In this document: positions 38,546 to 51,848 of the stretch, piece after piece | How positions within the stretch are numbered: the stretch's first letter is position 1 | How the letters are laid out: each line of letters begins with the position of its first letter | NCBI GenBank assembly: GCA_964016885.1 | Contig: OZ024747.1 | Location: forward strand, 67,394,001-67,458,000 | Source of the DNA: Eledone cirrhosa | Lineage: Eukaryota | DNA length: 64,000 nucleotides | Direction of reading: 5' to 3' | Made by a program: the position numbers and the translations under genes | The notes under the pieces: generated by a model | Databases searched by the model: none | Seen by the model: only the letters and a program-made list of their open reading frames with translations | What the model was told of the DNA's origin: nothing

Positions 38546-39138
38546 GTATATACAAAGAGAGAGAGAGTGAGAGCAGACCACTAATCATGGGAGTAATCAA
38601 TGCATGGAGAGATGCAGAGTGGGTATAGAGAAAGGTAAAAGCCCAACTGGAGGATTACCAAATTTCACTCACAAGACATTGATCGACCCAAGTCTTGGCT
38701 ATAATAGATGACACTTGCTCAGTGGGTTAGACCCTGAGAGTATGTGGCTGCAAAGTAAACTACTTACTAACACAGCCATGCCTGCACCTTGTCTTAAACT
38801 ATAAACCCCCTCACCATTTGATGATGAGCATCCTAACAAACCAACATACAATTCTTCATTACTATACATTAACTGGAATCCTTACAGAGTGTACTGAGTG
38901 GGGTTTATCATGACACCAGCACTACCAGGGTGGAATGGATGCATTTATTGTGGCACAGACATTAAAGAGGTTGTCATATATCGTCCTGACTGAAGGATCC
39001 TCTCAAACCCTATATTGCTTCCATTCAATCACCAATCACTCTAATCTCCAGTCTTTTGTAATAAACTACCTAATGTTTTGTTTTCTTCTCTCTCTTTCGT
39101 TTGTACATGAAATATTTTCCTTCCAATATATTTTCCAG

Positions 39139-39216
39139 TTCAAAGCATTGAAACGACAACAGCGAATGATCAAAAACAGAGAATCAGCCAGTTTATCACG
39201 GAGACGGAAAAAAGAG
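39139..39216 (+). CDS. ATF6: ATF6 exon 7, bZIP basic region
   Basis: FKALKRQQRMIKNRESASLSRRRKKE is the ATF6 basic-region signature. Confidence 0.95.
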
Positions 39217-39609
39217 GTGTGTTTACACTTCATTCTTTTTCCAGCAAGGTTTCTAATTCAAAACTAATTATATCTACAATTTATTTTAAGTCAACTAATA
39301 ATACCAACCTGGTGAAAACCAGTTCAAGTTCTATGAAACAAAACCACACATTTTTAAGGGTACTTATTTAAATTAAAATCTTCCAACATGATTTTATATA
39401 AGAACTATATGTTGATTTACTATTACTCTATTACATCTTCCAGCCGACAGGCTGAGGCCATGTTAGTAATGAAATAATTAACTATTTGAGTAAATGCTTT
39501 TAAATTATTAATTAATTAATTAAAATAGAGTATATTTCCTTAGAAATACAGTCATGATTGGTTTAACTCAACTAATTGATTGTTTTGTTGTTATTTTCTT
39601 TTTCCACAG

Positions 39610-39717
39610 TATCTCCAAAACCTGGAAGCAACTTTAAATGAATTCACTAAACAGAATGATGAACTTCAAAAGGAAAATCAAAAATTGAAAAATAAAATTT
39701 TCCTTCTTGAATCTGAG
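39610..39717 (+). CDS. ATF6: ATF6 exon 8, leucine zipper
   Basis: YLQNLEATLNEFTKQNDELQKENQKLKNKIFLLESE; phase 0/0. Confidence 0.92.
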
Positions 39718-40280
39718 GTACTACCTATATATTAGTTGAAATTGCTCAGATAGATATGTGGAAGTTTTCCATGAGAGTTAATTTGTATATTCTTATCCGT
39801 TTACTTGTTTCAGTCATTAGATGGCAGTTATGCTGGGGCACTGCCTTAAAGTCGATCATACTTATTTTAGTGATCTAGTTTTGTCAAACTCCTAAGTTAC
39901 AATCACATAAATGTAAACACAGACGTATATATACATATACGATGGGCTTCTACAGTTTCTGTCTAACAAATTTCATTCACAAGACATTTATCAACTTGAG
40001 ACTATAGTAGGAGACAGCCCAAAGAGTTACAAAGTTTCCAAAGTATTTTTGTTCCTTTTTTATTTCTTTTTACTTAAACCTTTTTGATACCAATCTGCCT
40101 GAAACTGCTCTTGATTCTATGATGCTAAGATGTTTATTGAAAATTATAAGCTTTGTCTCTCATTAGAAATATAGTAACAAGAGGGTTCAAAAAACTTAGT
40201 TAATCTCTTTGAATGTCTTTATAAAATTAAAAGGAAACATTTTAGCCATCTCTTAACAACATTGATATTCTATTTTACAG

Positions 40281-40378
40281 AATGCCAAACTGAAGAAATG
40301 TGTTCCTGTGTTGAGTAATAAAAAAACATTCCTTTTGACCATTATTCTCATGATAACAATGAGATTGGGACCACTCAG
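40281..40378 (+). CDS. ATF6: ATF6 exon 9, transmembrane segment
   Basis: NAKLKK...KKTFLLTIILMITMRLGPL; AG|gtaaga. Confidence 0.9.
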
Positions 40379-40421
40379 GTAAGATTATTATTTCGGATTG
40401 GCAATATCGGAAGTGAGTCAG

Positions 40422-40580
40422 ACGCCATGCTTTGACGCATAGAGTTACGGCCCTTGCCATTCTGAGTTCAAATCCCGTCCAGGTTAACTTTGCCTTTCAT
40501 CCTTATGGGGGTTGATAAAATAAAGTACCAGTAATACACTGGGTAATTACTGGCCTTGTGCCAAAAGTAGAAACAATTAT
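40422..40580 (+). mobile_element. SINE copy
   Basis: Closely matches 57327-57485 (cgccatgctttga...gagttcaaatcccg...gtagaaacaattat). Confidence 0.75.
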
Positions 40581-42074
40581 TTCAATTTACATTAGCAATA
40601 CCTGTGTGTTGTAGGAGGGGACAATAAAACATTGCCTTAAAAAGGTTTCCACTAATGAGTGTAGAGCCTGCATGACTAACCCTTGCTTTATCAGGGACAA
40701 TGGACATAAAACTTTTGTTATTTTGTATACATGTATAACATAATATTTTACTACTGGCAATATATAATCCATACATGTGTAACATGACAATATGTAGTGA
40801 CATATTTGTAACATAACTACTGGCAATATATGAGATCCATGTGTAACATAACTACAATAATCTTATTGATATACATGATGACGATAATGATACATGAATA
40901 ATGTGTATCTAGTTTAGAATAGGTACACCATATACCTGCCATACCATAAGCAGCAATGAAGCCTTGTCACTGTGGAACCACACAACTGTAGAAATGGTGA
41001 AATATTAACTACAGTGAAGAGGAAACCACTGAAATATAAATTTTTAGTAAAATCAAATCAATTTTACAGCTAAAGGGAAATAAATCTTGATATATATATA
41101 TACAGCAGAGTTCCTGCACGATTTCTCTCCCTTGACTGTTACACGAATTGGTTTTAAAACGCATGCCATAACGACACCAAGTCTTTACTTTCGCTCTACT
41201 AGCTAAAATATCTTCAACAAAATAAATATATAAAAACAGACTAAGAAACACCAATATATTCGCCATAATAACTCTTTAAAAAGACATAGTTAATGAAAAA
41301 CAAGCAAGAAAGGTTTAAATATCGTAACTTCGTAGGAAACTTAAAATCATTTGATGTTGTAATGAGGCAAACGATAATCTCCACTCATTACATTAACTCC
41401 TCAATTAACCAACACGTTTATTTCTGTCTATCAGTTTTACCCTCCCCCTCTATCTCTTTGTTACGTTCTTTCTCCTCTCTCTGTTTTATAGTGTATCTCT
41501 TCATTACTTTCGCACTTTCCCTCCCTCTCTCTATCCCCCTCTATATCTCTTTGTGTTACACTCCCTCCCCCTCTCTCTATCCCCCTCTATATCTCTTTGT
41601 GTTACACTCCCTCCCCCTCTCTCTATGTTATCAAACGTGACGTTAGACCAACATATCGGAGGAGGAGGTTTACATTTTAGACAGACGACACCACATGGAC
41701 ACCTCCACCTGGTCATTCAGCCTGCTAGAAATAGCAGCCTAATATCTTTTGTGGTGTTTTAAAAGGAATGAAACATCGGGACGTGTAATTTTACGAGTAT
41801 GGTCGGGTGACCATGTCTTACTCATATAGAACTGTTTCTGGCTAGATTTCTACGGCTGGATGCCCTTCCTAACTCCAATACACACACACACATATATATA
41901 TATCATCATCGTTTAACGTCCATCTTCCACGCTAGCATGGGTTAGACGGTTTTGTTCCATTTGATGCGGGAATATATATATATATATATGTGTGTATGTC
42001 TATATATATATATATATGTAAAGTTCCTTTTCTTTTTATCTTACATTTCTTTTTATTTTACTTTTGTGTTGCAG

Positions 42075-42338
42075 TTTCCTTTCTCTCAAAAGCTCAAATA
42101 CTGTAGAAAATTTAAAGAATGAATTTAGCATGCCTCTTGGTCGGCATCTCTTGTCATTTGGTGACCAGTATGGTGGTAAGTTACTGCAGGAAGCCCTGTC
42201 TTCAAAGTGGAGAGGTAAATTAAACAAAGTGGGACCAAGTAATGATGTTCTCTTCAAACATCCACCATTCCTTGCAAACAGCACAGATTCTAAGAGACAG
42301 AAATGCTCAAGTGAGTTCAACAAAACAGAATCAATAAG
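42075..42338 (+). CDS. ATF6: ATF6 exon 10, luminal domain with S1P site RHLL (42142-42153)
   Basis: GRHLLSF and C...NKTESIR match ATF6 RHLL and C...N.TESLR. Confidence 0.95.
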
Positions 42339-42672
42339 GTAAATAAATACTTAACCCTTTTCATACAAACCTGAAACTACTTTTTATTTTACAATAAAAT
42401 TGTTTATTTTAAAGTGTTTATGTTTATCTAAAAAACATCTATTATTATTCTGTGTTAAAAACCTTTAAGTTATGCTCTAAGTACCAAATCCTTGATTATT
42501 TTCAAAATTAATTAACCTTTTTGATACCAAACTGTCTGAAATTATCCTTGATTCAACAATACTAAGATGTCTATTTTTAAATGTATGTAAGAACCTCTGT
42601 TAAGTTATGCTCCAGATATCAATGTACTAATGAGGAAGTTAATTATGTTACTACAGTTTGAATTTCAGACAC

Positions 42673-42898
42673 TTAACCCTTTTAATACCAATCCACCTGA
42701 AACTGCCCCTGGTTCTATGATACAAAGCTGCTTGATTTAAAGTGTTCATTATTTATATTATAACATTCCACCATAATTTTATGTAATACATTTTTGTTAA
42801 CTTATGTTTTAAACATCATTTTTAGAAATTCCTAGAAATTCTTGATTATTTTCAAAATTAATTACACATATTGGCCCTGTTTCATTGGAAAGGGTTAA
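42673..42898 (+). mobile_element. TTAA-flanked MITE with CCCTTT/AAAGGG termini (piggyBac-like); many related copies in the window
   Basis: TTAA-ccctttt...aaaggg-TTAA; related copies at ~8927, 13135-13338 (inverted), 28690-28917, 35881-36124, 39300-39566, 40076-40188, 42351, 42512, 44350-44590. Confidence 0.65.
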
Positions 42899-42937
42899 AT
42901 TGGAGTGTTATTGAAATTAAATTTCTGCAACTTTCAG

Positions 42938-43102
42938 GATTGCTCAAGATCTCTCAGACTGGATGTTGTTACTTGAACAGCAAAAGAAAAAAAACACACT
43001 AAAGAAACCTGCTTTTAAGAAGAACAGCAATAACCATGAACCAGTGTTTCATTTCAAGAAGTTCTCAAACAATGGTCACTTTGATGCCTGGCAAAAACTT
43101 AA
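42938..43102 (+). CDS. ATF6: ATF6 exon 11
   Basis: IAQDLSDW (cf. L..EL.GW of ATF6); phases 2/2. Confidence 0.85.
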
Positions 43103-44191
43103 GTGAGTGTCAACTGTGAACACAGAACTATTTATTGTGTGTGACTTTTTGTGTAACTCTTCAATGTCTCTTGTTTTATGCTTTATCTGGTTTTGGTGAT
43201 TAGACTGTGGCCATGTGGCCTTAAAGGGATTTAGTAAATCATGTTGACCCTAATATTTATTATATTGATCTCTTTTTATTTTTAAACTGAAACTAAGTAG
43301 TTTCACAAAATAGAAATTAATAAATTAAGTACCAAACTTGAAAAAAGTAAGTACTGGAGTTATTGATATGATCAACTAATTCTCATTAACCGTTCAGCAT
43401 TTACATTACTCTATATTTACTATTGTATTTTCACAGTAAAGGCTTTATCTTAAATAATTATCTCACATAATATCAAATCTATGAGATTTTTATGTTATTT
43501 ATTTTGAGAACAATACCTTAATGTAGGTATGAGTGGCCAGTTACTGCTGGTTTGAACAGAAAGAAGTGAGAGAATTCTGGCTGGATATGGCTTTAAATGC
43601 TAAAGAGTTAAGAAGGTGCCCCAGCATGGCCACAGTCTAATGACTGAAACCAGTAAAAGAAGAAAAGAATGCAGAAAAGAAGAGAACAAGCATAGTACTT
43701 CAACTATTGTTCATTCTCTTCTGTTTGATAAAAATGTTTCAGTTATTTTTCACTTATAATCAGTGTATCTGGTTCAGGATAGATACAACATATCCCTGCA
43801 TCTCATAAAAGGTGACTGAAAGGGCATCTGACCATAAAACATTGTCTCAGAAAGGGAAGTTGTAGTTTTGTTTCACTGATTAGTCTTCATGGGTCATGTT
43901 TTAAGGAAGAATGAATGTGCCTTGGTGTGAGGAGATATGGAAATGAATAATAGAGAAAGGGGAACACCAAGAAAGGCATGGCTAAAGATGGTGGAGGAGG
44001 AAATGAAAGCAGGGGATGGTGATGGAGATGCAGACATTAGTGCAAAATAAGTGTGGACACGATAAGAAGACGAAGCAGGGAAGATGGCCTTAAAATGATT
44101 GTTGTCGTAATGTACATTTTAGGCAACATTCTGTTAAGAAATTCCTGTCATTTTCTACGTCTGTGTCTTCATATTGTGTTTCTTATATTAG

Positions 44192-44309
44192 GTCAGACTA
44201 CCAAAAATATGAACTGCTTCCTTTTGAAAATGGTCCCAGAAATAAAAAAGACTACCTTAAAAATATTCCTCGGAGAAATGACACATTTTATGTGTTATCT
44301 TTAAGCATG
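44192..44309 (+). CDS. ATF6: ATF6 exon 12
   Basis: IPRRNDTFYVLSL matches the conserved RR.DTFYVVS luminal motif. Confidence 0.93.
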
Positions 44310-44641
44310 GTAAGTAACTGTAGTCATGCAACTATTTGTTTTGTTTTTACTCTCATGATACCAAACCAACTGAAAATTCTTCTGGTTCTATGATACAAAA
44401 CTGCTTATTTTAAAGTGTTTATTACTTACCTAAAATCCTTTTATTATAATTTTATTTATGAGCCTTTGTTATTTTCCAAACATTACCTTAATAATGAGAA
44501 AGTTATTTTACTAAATCCCTTCAAATTCTTGATTATTTTCAAAATTATTTGAAAATCATAGGAAGTGTCTTTGATTAGAAATATGCTTAAACTTTTAAAC
44601 AAATGCAGCAACTAATTATTTTTCTTGTATTGTCTCTATAG

Positions 44642-44726
44642 GACCATTTTCTACTCCCAGCCACAGCACACAATAAAACTATGCGACCTCGAATGTCTAT
44701 GATGATGCCTGCATTGGCACTCAATG
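44642..44726 (+). CDS. ATF6: ATF6 exon 13
   Basis: [24 protein letters not shown] matches DHLLLPAT.HNKT.RPKMS..LPA. Confidence 0.95.
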
Positions 44727-46294
44727 GTGAGGTTTCAGCTTTCTTTGTTTATAAATGTTTAGAATTTTCTATATTGCAATAATATTGGTTACACAACAAA
44801 AACCACCCTGTCCACCCTGTAAGGTGGTGGTTGTGCTGGTGACACAACAGATACCCAGTCAAACCTCTCAGTTGGTTATTTTGGTGCCACAATAAAAAGC
44901 ACCCAGTCCACACTGTATATGTGGTTGGCATTAGGAAAGGCATCCAGCCATAGTAGCCAAACCAGAAACAGTTCTGTATGAGCAAGACACAGTTACCTGA
45001 TCTGACTTGTCTCATAATGGGATAACTCATCTAACCCATGCTAGCATGGTAAAACAGACATTAAACGTTGATGATGATTGTCTTGGTGTCACCGTAAAAT
45101 ACACCCAGTACACTCTGTAAAGTGGTTGATGTTAGAAAGAGCCTCCAGCCATAGAAACCATACCAAATATGGAATGTATGAGCCATATAAGGTTTCTCCA
45201 ACCTGTTTAGGCTTAGACCATGGCAACCCGTTCAACTGATTCCAGCATAGAAATCAGATGTAAGACCATGATTTTGATGATCGTGATGATATCTTTGATT
45301 AATTATTAATATCCAGCCATAGAAAATCTGCCAAGCAAAAAGTCAGGAGGACTGTTCAGCTGTGTCAAAGATATGTCAACTTCCCTAATGTTGGTGCCAT
45401 GATAAAATGCACCCAACAAACTTGGAAGTCAGTGACACCGGTTGAGTACAGGCTAGTCTCTGACAACACATCCAACCCTTGCTAGCAGGAAAAATGGACA
45501 CTAAACGATAATGATTATAATGGTGATGGTGGCTGATATGGATATGCCTGACTGACTATCCATCGATTTCATGATGACATCTCTATCCATCAGATATATC
45601 AACTAGTTTAGATATAAGCTACATTTAAAGAGATGTTAAAAAGCTGAACGAGCAGATAAATTCTTGATCATCTATATTGACTAGTCTATATATATATATG
45701 CGCATGGGGACATGGAAATACTCAGTTTGATGTCCGAGTATGTGGTTAGCTCACCAGGAGTGAGAGGCCCCTAGTTCTTGTTAGAACACCATTGTAGGAG
45801 AAGGAAAACACTGATCTAAAGCATGCGACTTAATGGGAGCCAATGATGTTGACTTGTCCTTCTTTCGGGATACCTGTCACCATTGTTCAGATAGTCGGAT
45901 TGGTCCATTACAAGGCATTTCATCACTTAAAAAAGCTTCAAGCATAGGCATCACTTGATCTAAATGATTTTCACATGTATTGCGTGAGCATGGCCTTTTC
46001 TTTTTTTATCTTGCTGCAGCATTTGCAGAAATGGCAAGGCTAAAAGGTCATGTCCATGCCACCCATTTATAAGGAATATATATATATTTATCTATGTGTG
46101 TGAGAGCCAATAGAGTTATGCAACATGAATTAATGATTTTACTTAAATCCGATACTGGTTGAACCTTACACAGAGCCAAATAAACCATATCTGCTTTGCA
46201 AAATGAATGTTAAAACAATGGGGAAAACATCCCAAAACAGTTGCTTAAATTTAAAGATAGTCAAAAACTTTAACAGGATTCTCTCTGTTTCTAG

Positions 46295-46470
46295 ATTCTG
46301 TGCACCGTCGTGATGGAAGTATTGGACTGATTCAAATTGATTGTGAAGTTGTTAGCACACAGTTGATCCATGTCCATGACAACTATGAGACAAGGAACCA
46401 GCTACAACCAAATGGTTCCCTGCCTCTCCACACTAATAGCAAACCAACAAAGCACAGGAGAAAAGTGTAA
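46295..46470 (+). CDS. ATF6: ATF6 exon 14 (terminal, TAA at 46468-46470)
   Basis: LIQIDCEVVSTQLIHV matches MQIDC.V..T..I.I; summed CDS is 1953 nt = 650 aa + stop. Confidence 0.92.
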
Positions 46471-46543
46471 CATAAACTCAACACAAATCTCTTTGGAGAT
46501 TCATATTTTTTGTATTTATTTATATTTATTATTTTGGAGGGGC

Positions 46544-46858
46544 ATTTCTCTTGGTAAACTGTTGCTATACGTTGGCACATTTCTCTTGGTAAACTGTTGC
46601 TATACGTTGGCACATTTCTCTTGGTAAACTGTTGCTATACGTTGGCACATTTCTCTTGGTAAACTGTTGCTATACGTTGGCACATTTCTCTTGGTAAACT
46701 GTTGCTATACGTTGGCACATTTCTCTTGGTAAACTGTTGCTATACGTTGGCACATTTCTCTTGGTAAACTGTTGCTATACGTTGGCACATTTCTCTTGGT
46801 AAACTGTTGCTATACGTTGGCAGATTTCTCTTGGTAAACTGTTGCTATACGTTGGCGC
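46544..46858. repeat. 35-bp tandem repeat, 9 copies
   Basis: atttctcttggtaaactgttgctatacgttggcac. Confidence 0.95.
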
Positions 46859-47000
46859 ATTTATCTGTAGCAATGGTTACTACCCATTAAAACATTTTTT
46901 CCTTAGTAACAGTTGCTATCCATTAATCAGAGTAATCTAGATGGTTAGCATTGTATTATTAGCATTACTAAATATGTTTAGCAGAGACTCTAGTTTTACT

Positions 47001-49432
47001 CAATATACATATATGACATACACTATACATATATGACATACAGTATACATATATGAGATACACTATACATATATGACATACACTATACATATATGACATA
47101 CACTATACATATATGACATAGACTATAGATATATGACATACAATATACATATATGACATACACTACACATATATGACATACACTATACATATATGACATA
47201 CACTATAGATATATGACATACAATATAGATATATGACATACACTATACATATATGACATACACTATATATATATGACATACACTATATATATATGACATA
47301 CAATATAGATATGACATACACTATACATATATGACATACACTATATATATATGACATACACTATATATATATGACATACAATATACATATATGACATACA
47401 GTATACATATATGACATACAATATACATATATGACATGCACTATATATATATATGACATACAGTATACATATATGACATACACTATACATATATGACATA
47501 CACTATACATATATGACATACAATATACACATATGACATACACTATAGATATATGACATACACTATACCTATATGACTTACACTATACATATGACATACA
47601 CTATATATATATGACATACACTATAGATATATGACATACACTATAGATATATGACATACACTCTACATATATGACATACACTATACATATATGACATACA
47701 CTATACATATATGACATACACTATACATATGACATACAATATACATATATGACATACACTATAGATATATGACATACACTCTACATATATGACATACACT
47801 CTACATATATGACATACACTATACATATGACATACACTATACATATGACATACACTATACATATATGACATACACTATACATATATGACATACACTATAC
47901 ATATGACATACACTATATATATATGACATACACTATAGATATATGACATACAATATACATATATGACATATAGTATACATATATGACATACACTATATAT
48001 ATATGACATACAGTATACATATGACATACAGTATACATATATGACATATATGTATACTGTATGTCATATATGTATACTGTATGTCATATGTATAGTGTAT
48101 CTCATATATGTATACTGTATGTCATATGTATACTGTATGACATACAGTATACATATATGAGATACACTACACATATATGACATACACTATACATATGACA
48201 TACACTATACATATATGACATACAGTATACATATATGACATACACTATACATATATGACATACACTATACATATATGTTATACACTATACATATATGACA
48301 TACACTATACATATATGACATACACTATACATATGACATACAGTATACATATATGAGATACACTTTACATATATGACATACAGTATACATATGAGATACA
48401 TATATGACATACACTATACATATATGACACACACTATAGATATATGACACACACTATACACATATGACATACAATATACATATATGACATACACTATAGA
48501 TATATGACATACACTATACATATATGACATACACTATACATATATCATCATCATCATCACCACCGTTTTAGGTCCGTTCTTCCACGCTAGCATGGGTTAG
48601 ACGGTAGACAAACACTATACATATATGACATACACTATACATATGACATACACTATACATATATGACATACAGTATACATATATGACATACACTATACAT
48701 ATATGACATACACTATAGATATATGACATACACTATACATATGACATACAGTATACATATATGAGATACACTACATATATGACATACACTATACATATGA
48801 CATACAATATAGATATGACATACACTATAGATATATGACATACACTATAGATATGACATACACTATAGATATGACATACAATATAGATATGACATACAAT
48901 ATACATATGACATACACTATACATATATGACATACACTATAGATATGACATACAATATAGATATATGACATACAATATACATATGACATACACTATACAT
49001 ATGACATACACTATACATATATGACATACAATATACATATATGACATACACTATACATGACATACACTATACATATATGACATACACTATACATATATGA
49101 CATACACTATACATATATGACATACGCTATACATATATGACATACACTATATATATATGACATACAATATACATATATGACATACACTATATATATATGA
49201 CATACACTATATATATATGACATACACTATACATATATGACATACACTATACATATGAGATACAATATACATATATGACATACACTATACATATATGACA
49301 TACACTATACATATGAGATACAATATACATATATGACATACACTATACATATATGACATACACTATACATATATGACATACACTATACATATATGACATA
49401 CACTATACATATATGACATACACTATACATAT
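47001..49432. repeat. 18/20-bp satellite (tatgacatacactatacata), ~2.4 kb
   Basis: Direct reading; inverted block at ~48049-48137 and an RTE tail inserted at ~48545-48610. Confidence 0.95.
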
Positions 49433-50169
49433 ATATATACAGACATGTGTAGTCCTCAGTTGTATTTTTTTTTTTTTTAAATATGTAATATACATTGGTT
49501 TCATATTGTGGGATGAGATGGCTCCACCAGGATTCATTGGGTGAGGGTATGGGTACTGGTGATATGTAGTTGACTGGTTCAGCAATCTTTATAGTAGAGT
49601 TAAAAAAGACAAAGGGATCACACAGCCCATTGGAGACTTTGTTACAGCCTGTTGTTAGATACAACTACTTTTTTTTTTTTTGATGCTTTCAAAAATGTGT
49701 ATGTATGAGTGTGTGTGAGCAACATACAAAATTCTGTTGGTTGTGTCTTAATAAAACTATCCTACCCTATCATCATTGCAAGATTGGTTTTAATATTTTT
49801 ATTGAATAGAGTTTTACATGGTAGAAACATTGTAGTGTCCTCTGGGTAGATTTTGGTGAGTGTGGCGGTGCTAGATTGATCTGAAGGTAGTTGGAATGAA
49901 TGAAGGGAGATGATATCTATATGGTACCAATAAATATATTGCTAATGTACAAAAGAATGATTGGCAGGCATAAATGGAACTTAACCATTTTGATACTCAG
50001 CTAAAACCACCTCTGGTCCTACAAACCAGTCACTCCCAACCCCATTTGTGGAAAGCATTTTCATGTTTGTTTTTATACAAGCAAACTGTGTATTTAAGGA
50101 GTTCTTTTTGTAACTATGTAGTTTCAGTTTCAAACCCACGGCATTGCATCTTGGGCAAATGTCTTATAT

Positions 50170-50302
50170 CAGCAGCCACCAACCAGTGGTCTGCAGAAAC
50201 ATTTTAACATATTTATCTTTTTAAAAAAGTTCATATTAGTGGTCCGCAGGATTTAAAATTATGAATTTAGTGGTCTGATGTCGGAAAGGTTGGTGACCAC
50301 TG
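50170..50302. mobile_element. short hAT-like MITE inserted in a SINE
   Basis: Imperfect TIRs cagcagccaccaacc / ggttggtgaccactg and tggtc(c/t)gcag subrepeats; TSD not clean. Confidence 0.5.
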
Positions 50303-50901
50303 TCTAAAACTTTAACCTCACATTGACCAATGCCTTGTGAATAAAATTTGGTAGACAGAAACTGCAGAAGCCTGTCATATATATGTGTGAATGTGTCTAT
50401 GTCTCATGACTTAGCAGTTCAACAAAAAGAGATGCTTGAAAAAATAAGTGTTGGGGTCAATATGATCAACTAAAATCCCCTTAATGTGGTGCTTCAACAT
50501 GGTCACAGTCTAATGGCTAAAACCAGTAAAAGAATAAATGATTAAGTTCTGCTTATTGAGCCACCAGGTTGTCATGTAGAAAATATATTTGTAGGTAGCG
50601 AATTGGCGGGGTCATTAAAGTGTTAGATTAAATGCCTCAGTATTCATTCCAGCTCATCAAATCCTGTCATGGTCAACTTTGAATTTCACTCTTTAGGGGT
50701 CAATAAATAATGTACCAGTCCAACAAGAGACAATGGATTGGCAGAATTGTTAGTCAGAAGGGATGCTTTGTGATATCAGATCCGGCTCAATGCATTCTGA
50801 GTTCAAATTCAGCTAGGAGTTGCAATCAGCAATGGAAAGACGTATAAAAACTCTGCTTCCTGAATCTGACAATCAGCTCCTTTACTTTTATATATATAAG
50901 T

Positions 50902-51196
50902 GCATCCAACTGTAGAAAACCCGCCAGACAGTCCTATGCGAGCAAGACAACCACTCTTGCCTCAAGTGGGAAAACCCCCGTCCAAACCCATGCAAGCGTG
51001 GAACACGGACGCTAAACCTGATGATGATGATGATGATGATGATATATATATATATATGTATATATCTCTATTTTCATTTATATATATATATATATACGAG
51101 CGAGACACAGTCACCCGACCAATCTTTTCTCAAGTGGGACAATCCCGTCTAACCCATGCTAGCGTGGAAGATAGACGTTAAACGATGATGATGGTG

Positions 51197-51198
<2 letters not shown>
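50902..51198 (+). mobile_element. two short RTE 3'-end insertions in (TA)n
   Basis: 50902-51044 matches the 3' end of the young RTE; 51100-51198 is a related tail ending gacgttaaacgatgatg. Confidence 0.8.
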
Positions 51199-51227
<29 letters not shown>

Positions 51228-51809
51228 GATATATATATATAAAACAAGATAGAACCAGTTTAAAACTAGTTAGACCATTATTCAACAGAATACTCGATAC
51301 TGTGGGGAGTAGAGTATGGCTATATTATAAATTGTCTGGATCTAGCTGTTTAAACAGCTAGAGCTAAGCCGTCTGGTCTCGACTCTTTATAATATATATA
51401 TATACTAATAATAATAAAAAGGACAAAGTTTTAGGTTTTCATTACATTTGTAGAGTAGTTATGTGCATTTCGCTATTGATCAGCTCATGGTTCAATCTAT
51501 ATTGATCTGGCCCAACTCTGGAATCAAAAGCTCGTCAGACTTCTGTTATGGTAATGACAAAATGAACCTCAATATTGAAAACACATGTTAAGTGAAGTAG
51601 TTTATTCTGTAAAAAATATCAAATGTGAACATTTATTTCAGTGGCAGCACATTGTTGGAAATATAAAATAACTTCTATTTTATCATTTTACCATTAAGAA
51701 TTGTTAGTTCTGGCTACTTGTGAGAACTAAAGACAGTGTAATATTATTGAATAACAGCATTTTACTATGTCTCTGTTGTATATACAGGTTTTACATTTGT
51801 GTGTGTGTG

Positions 51810-51848
<39 letters not shown>

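Noticed and set aside
46544-46858. CRISPR-like 35-bp repeats
   Set aside because: No spacers, no cas genes, eukaryotic context.
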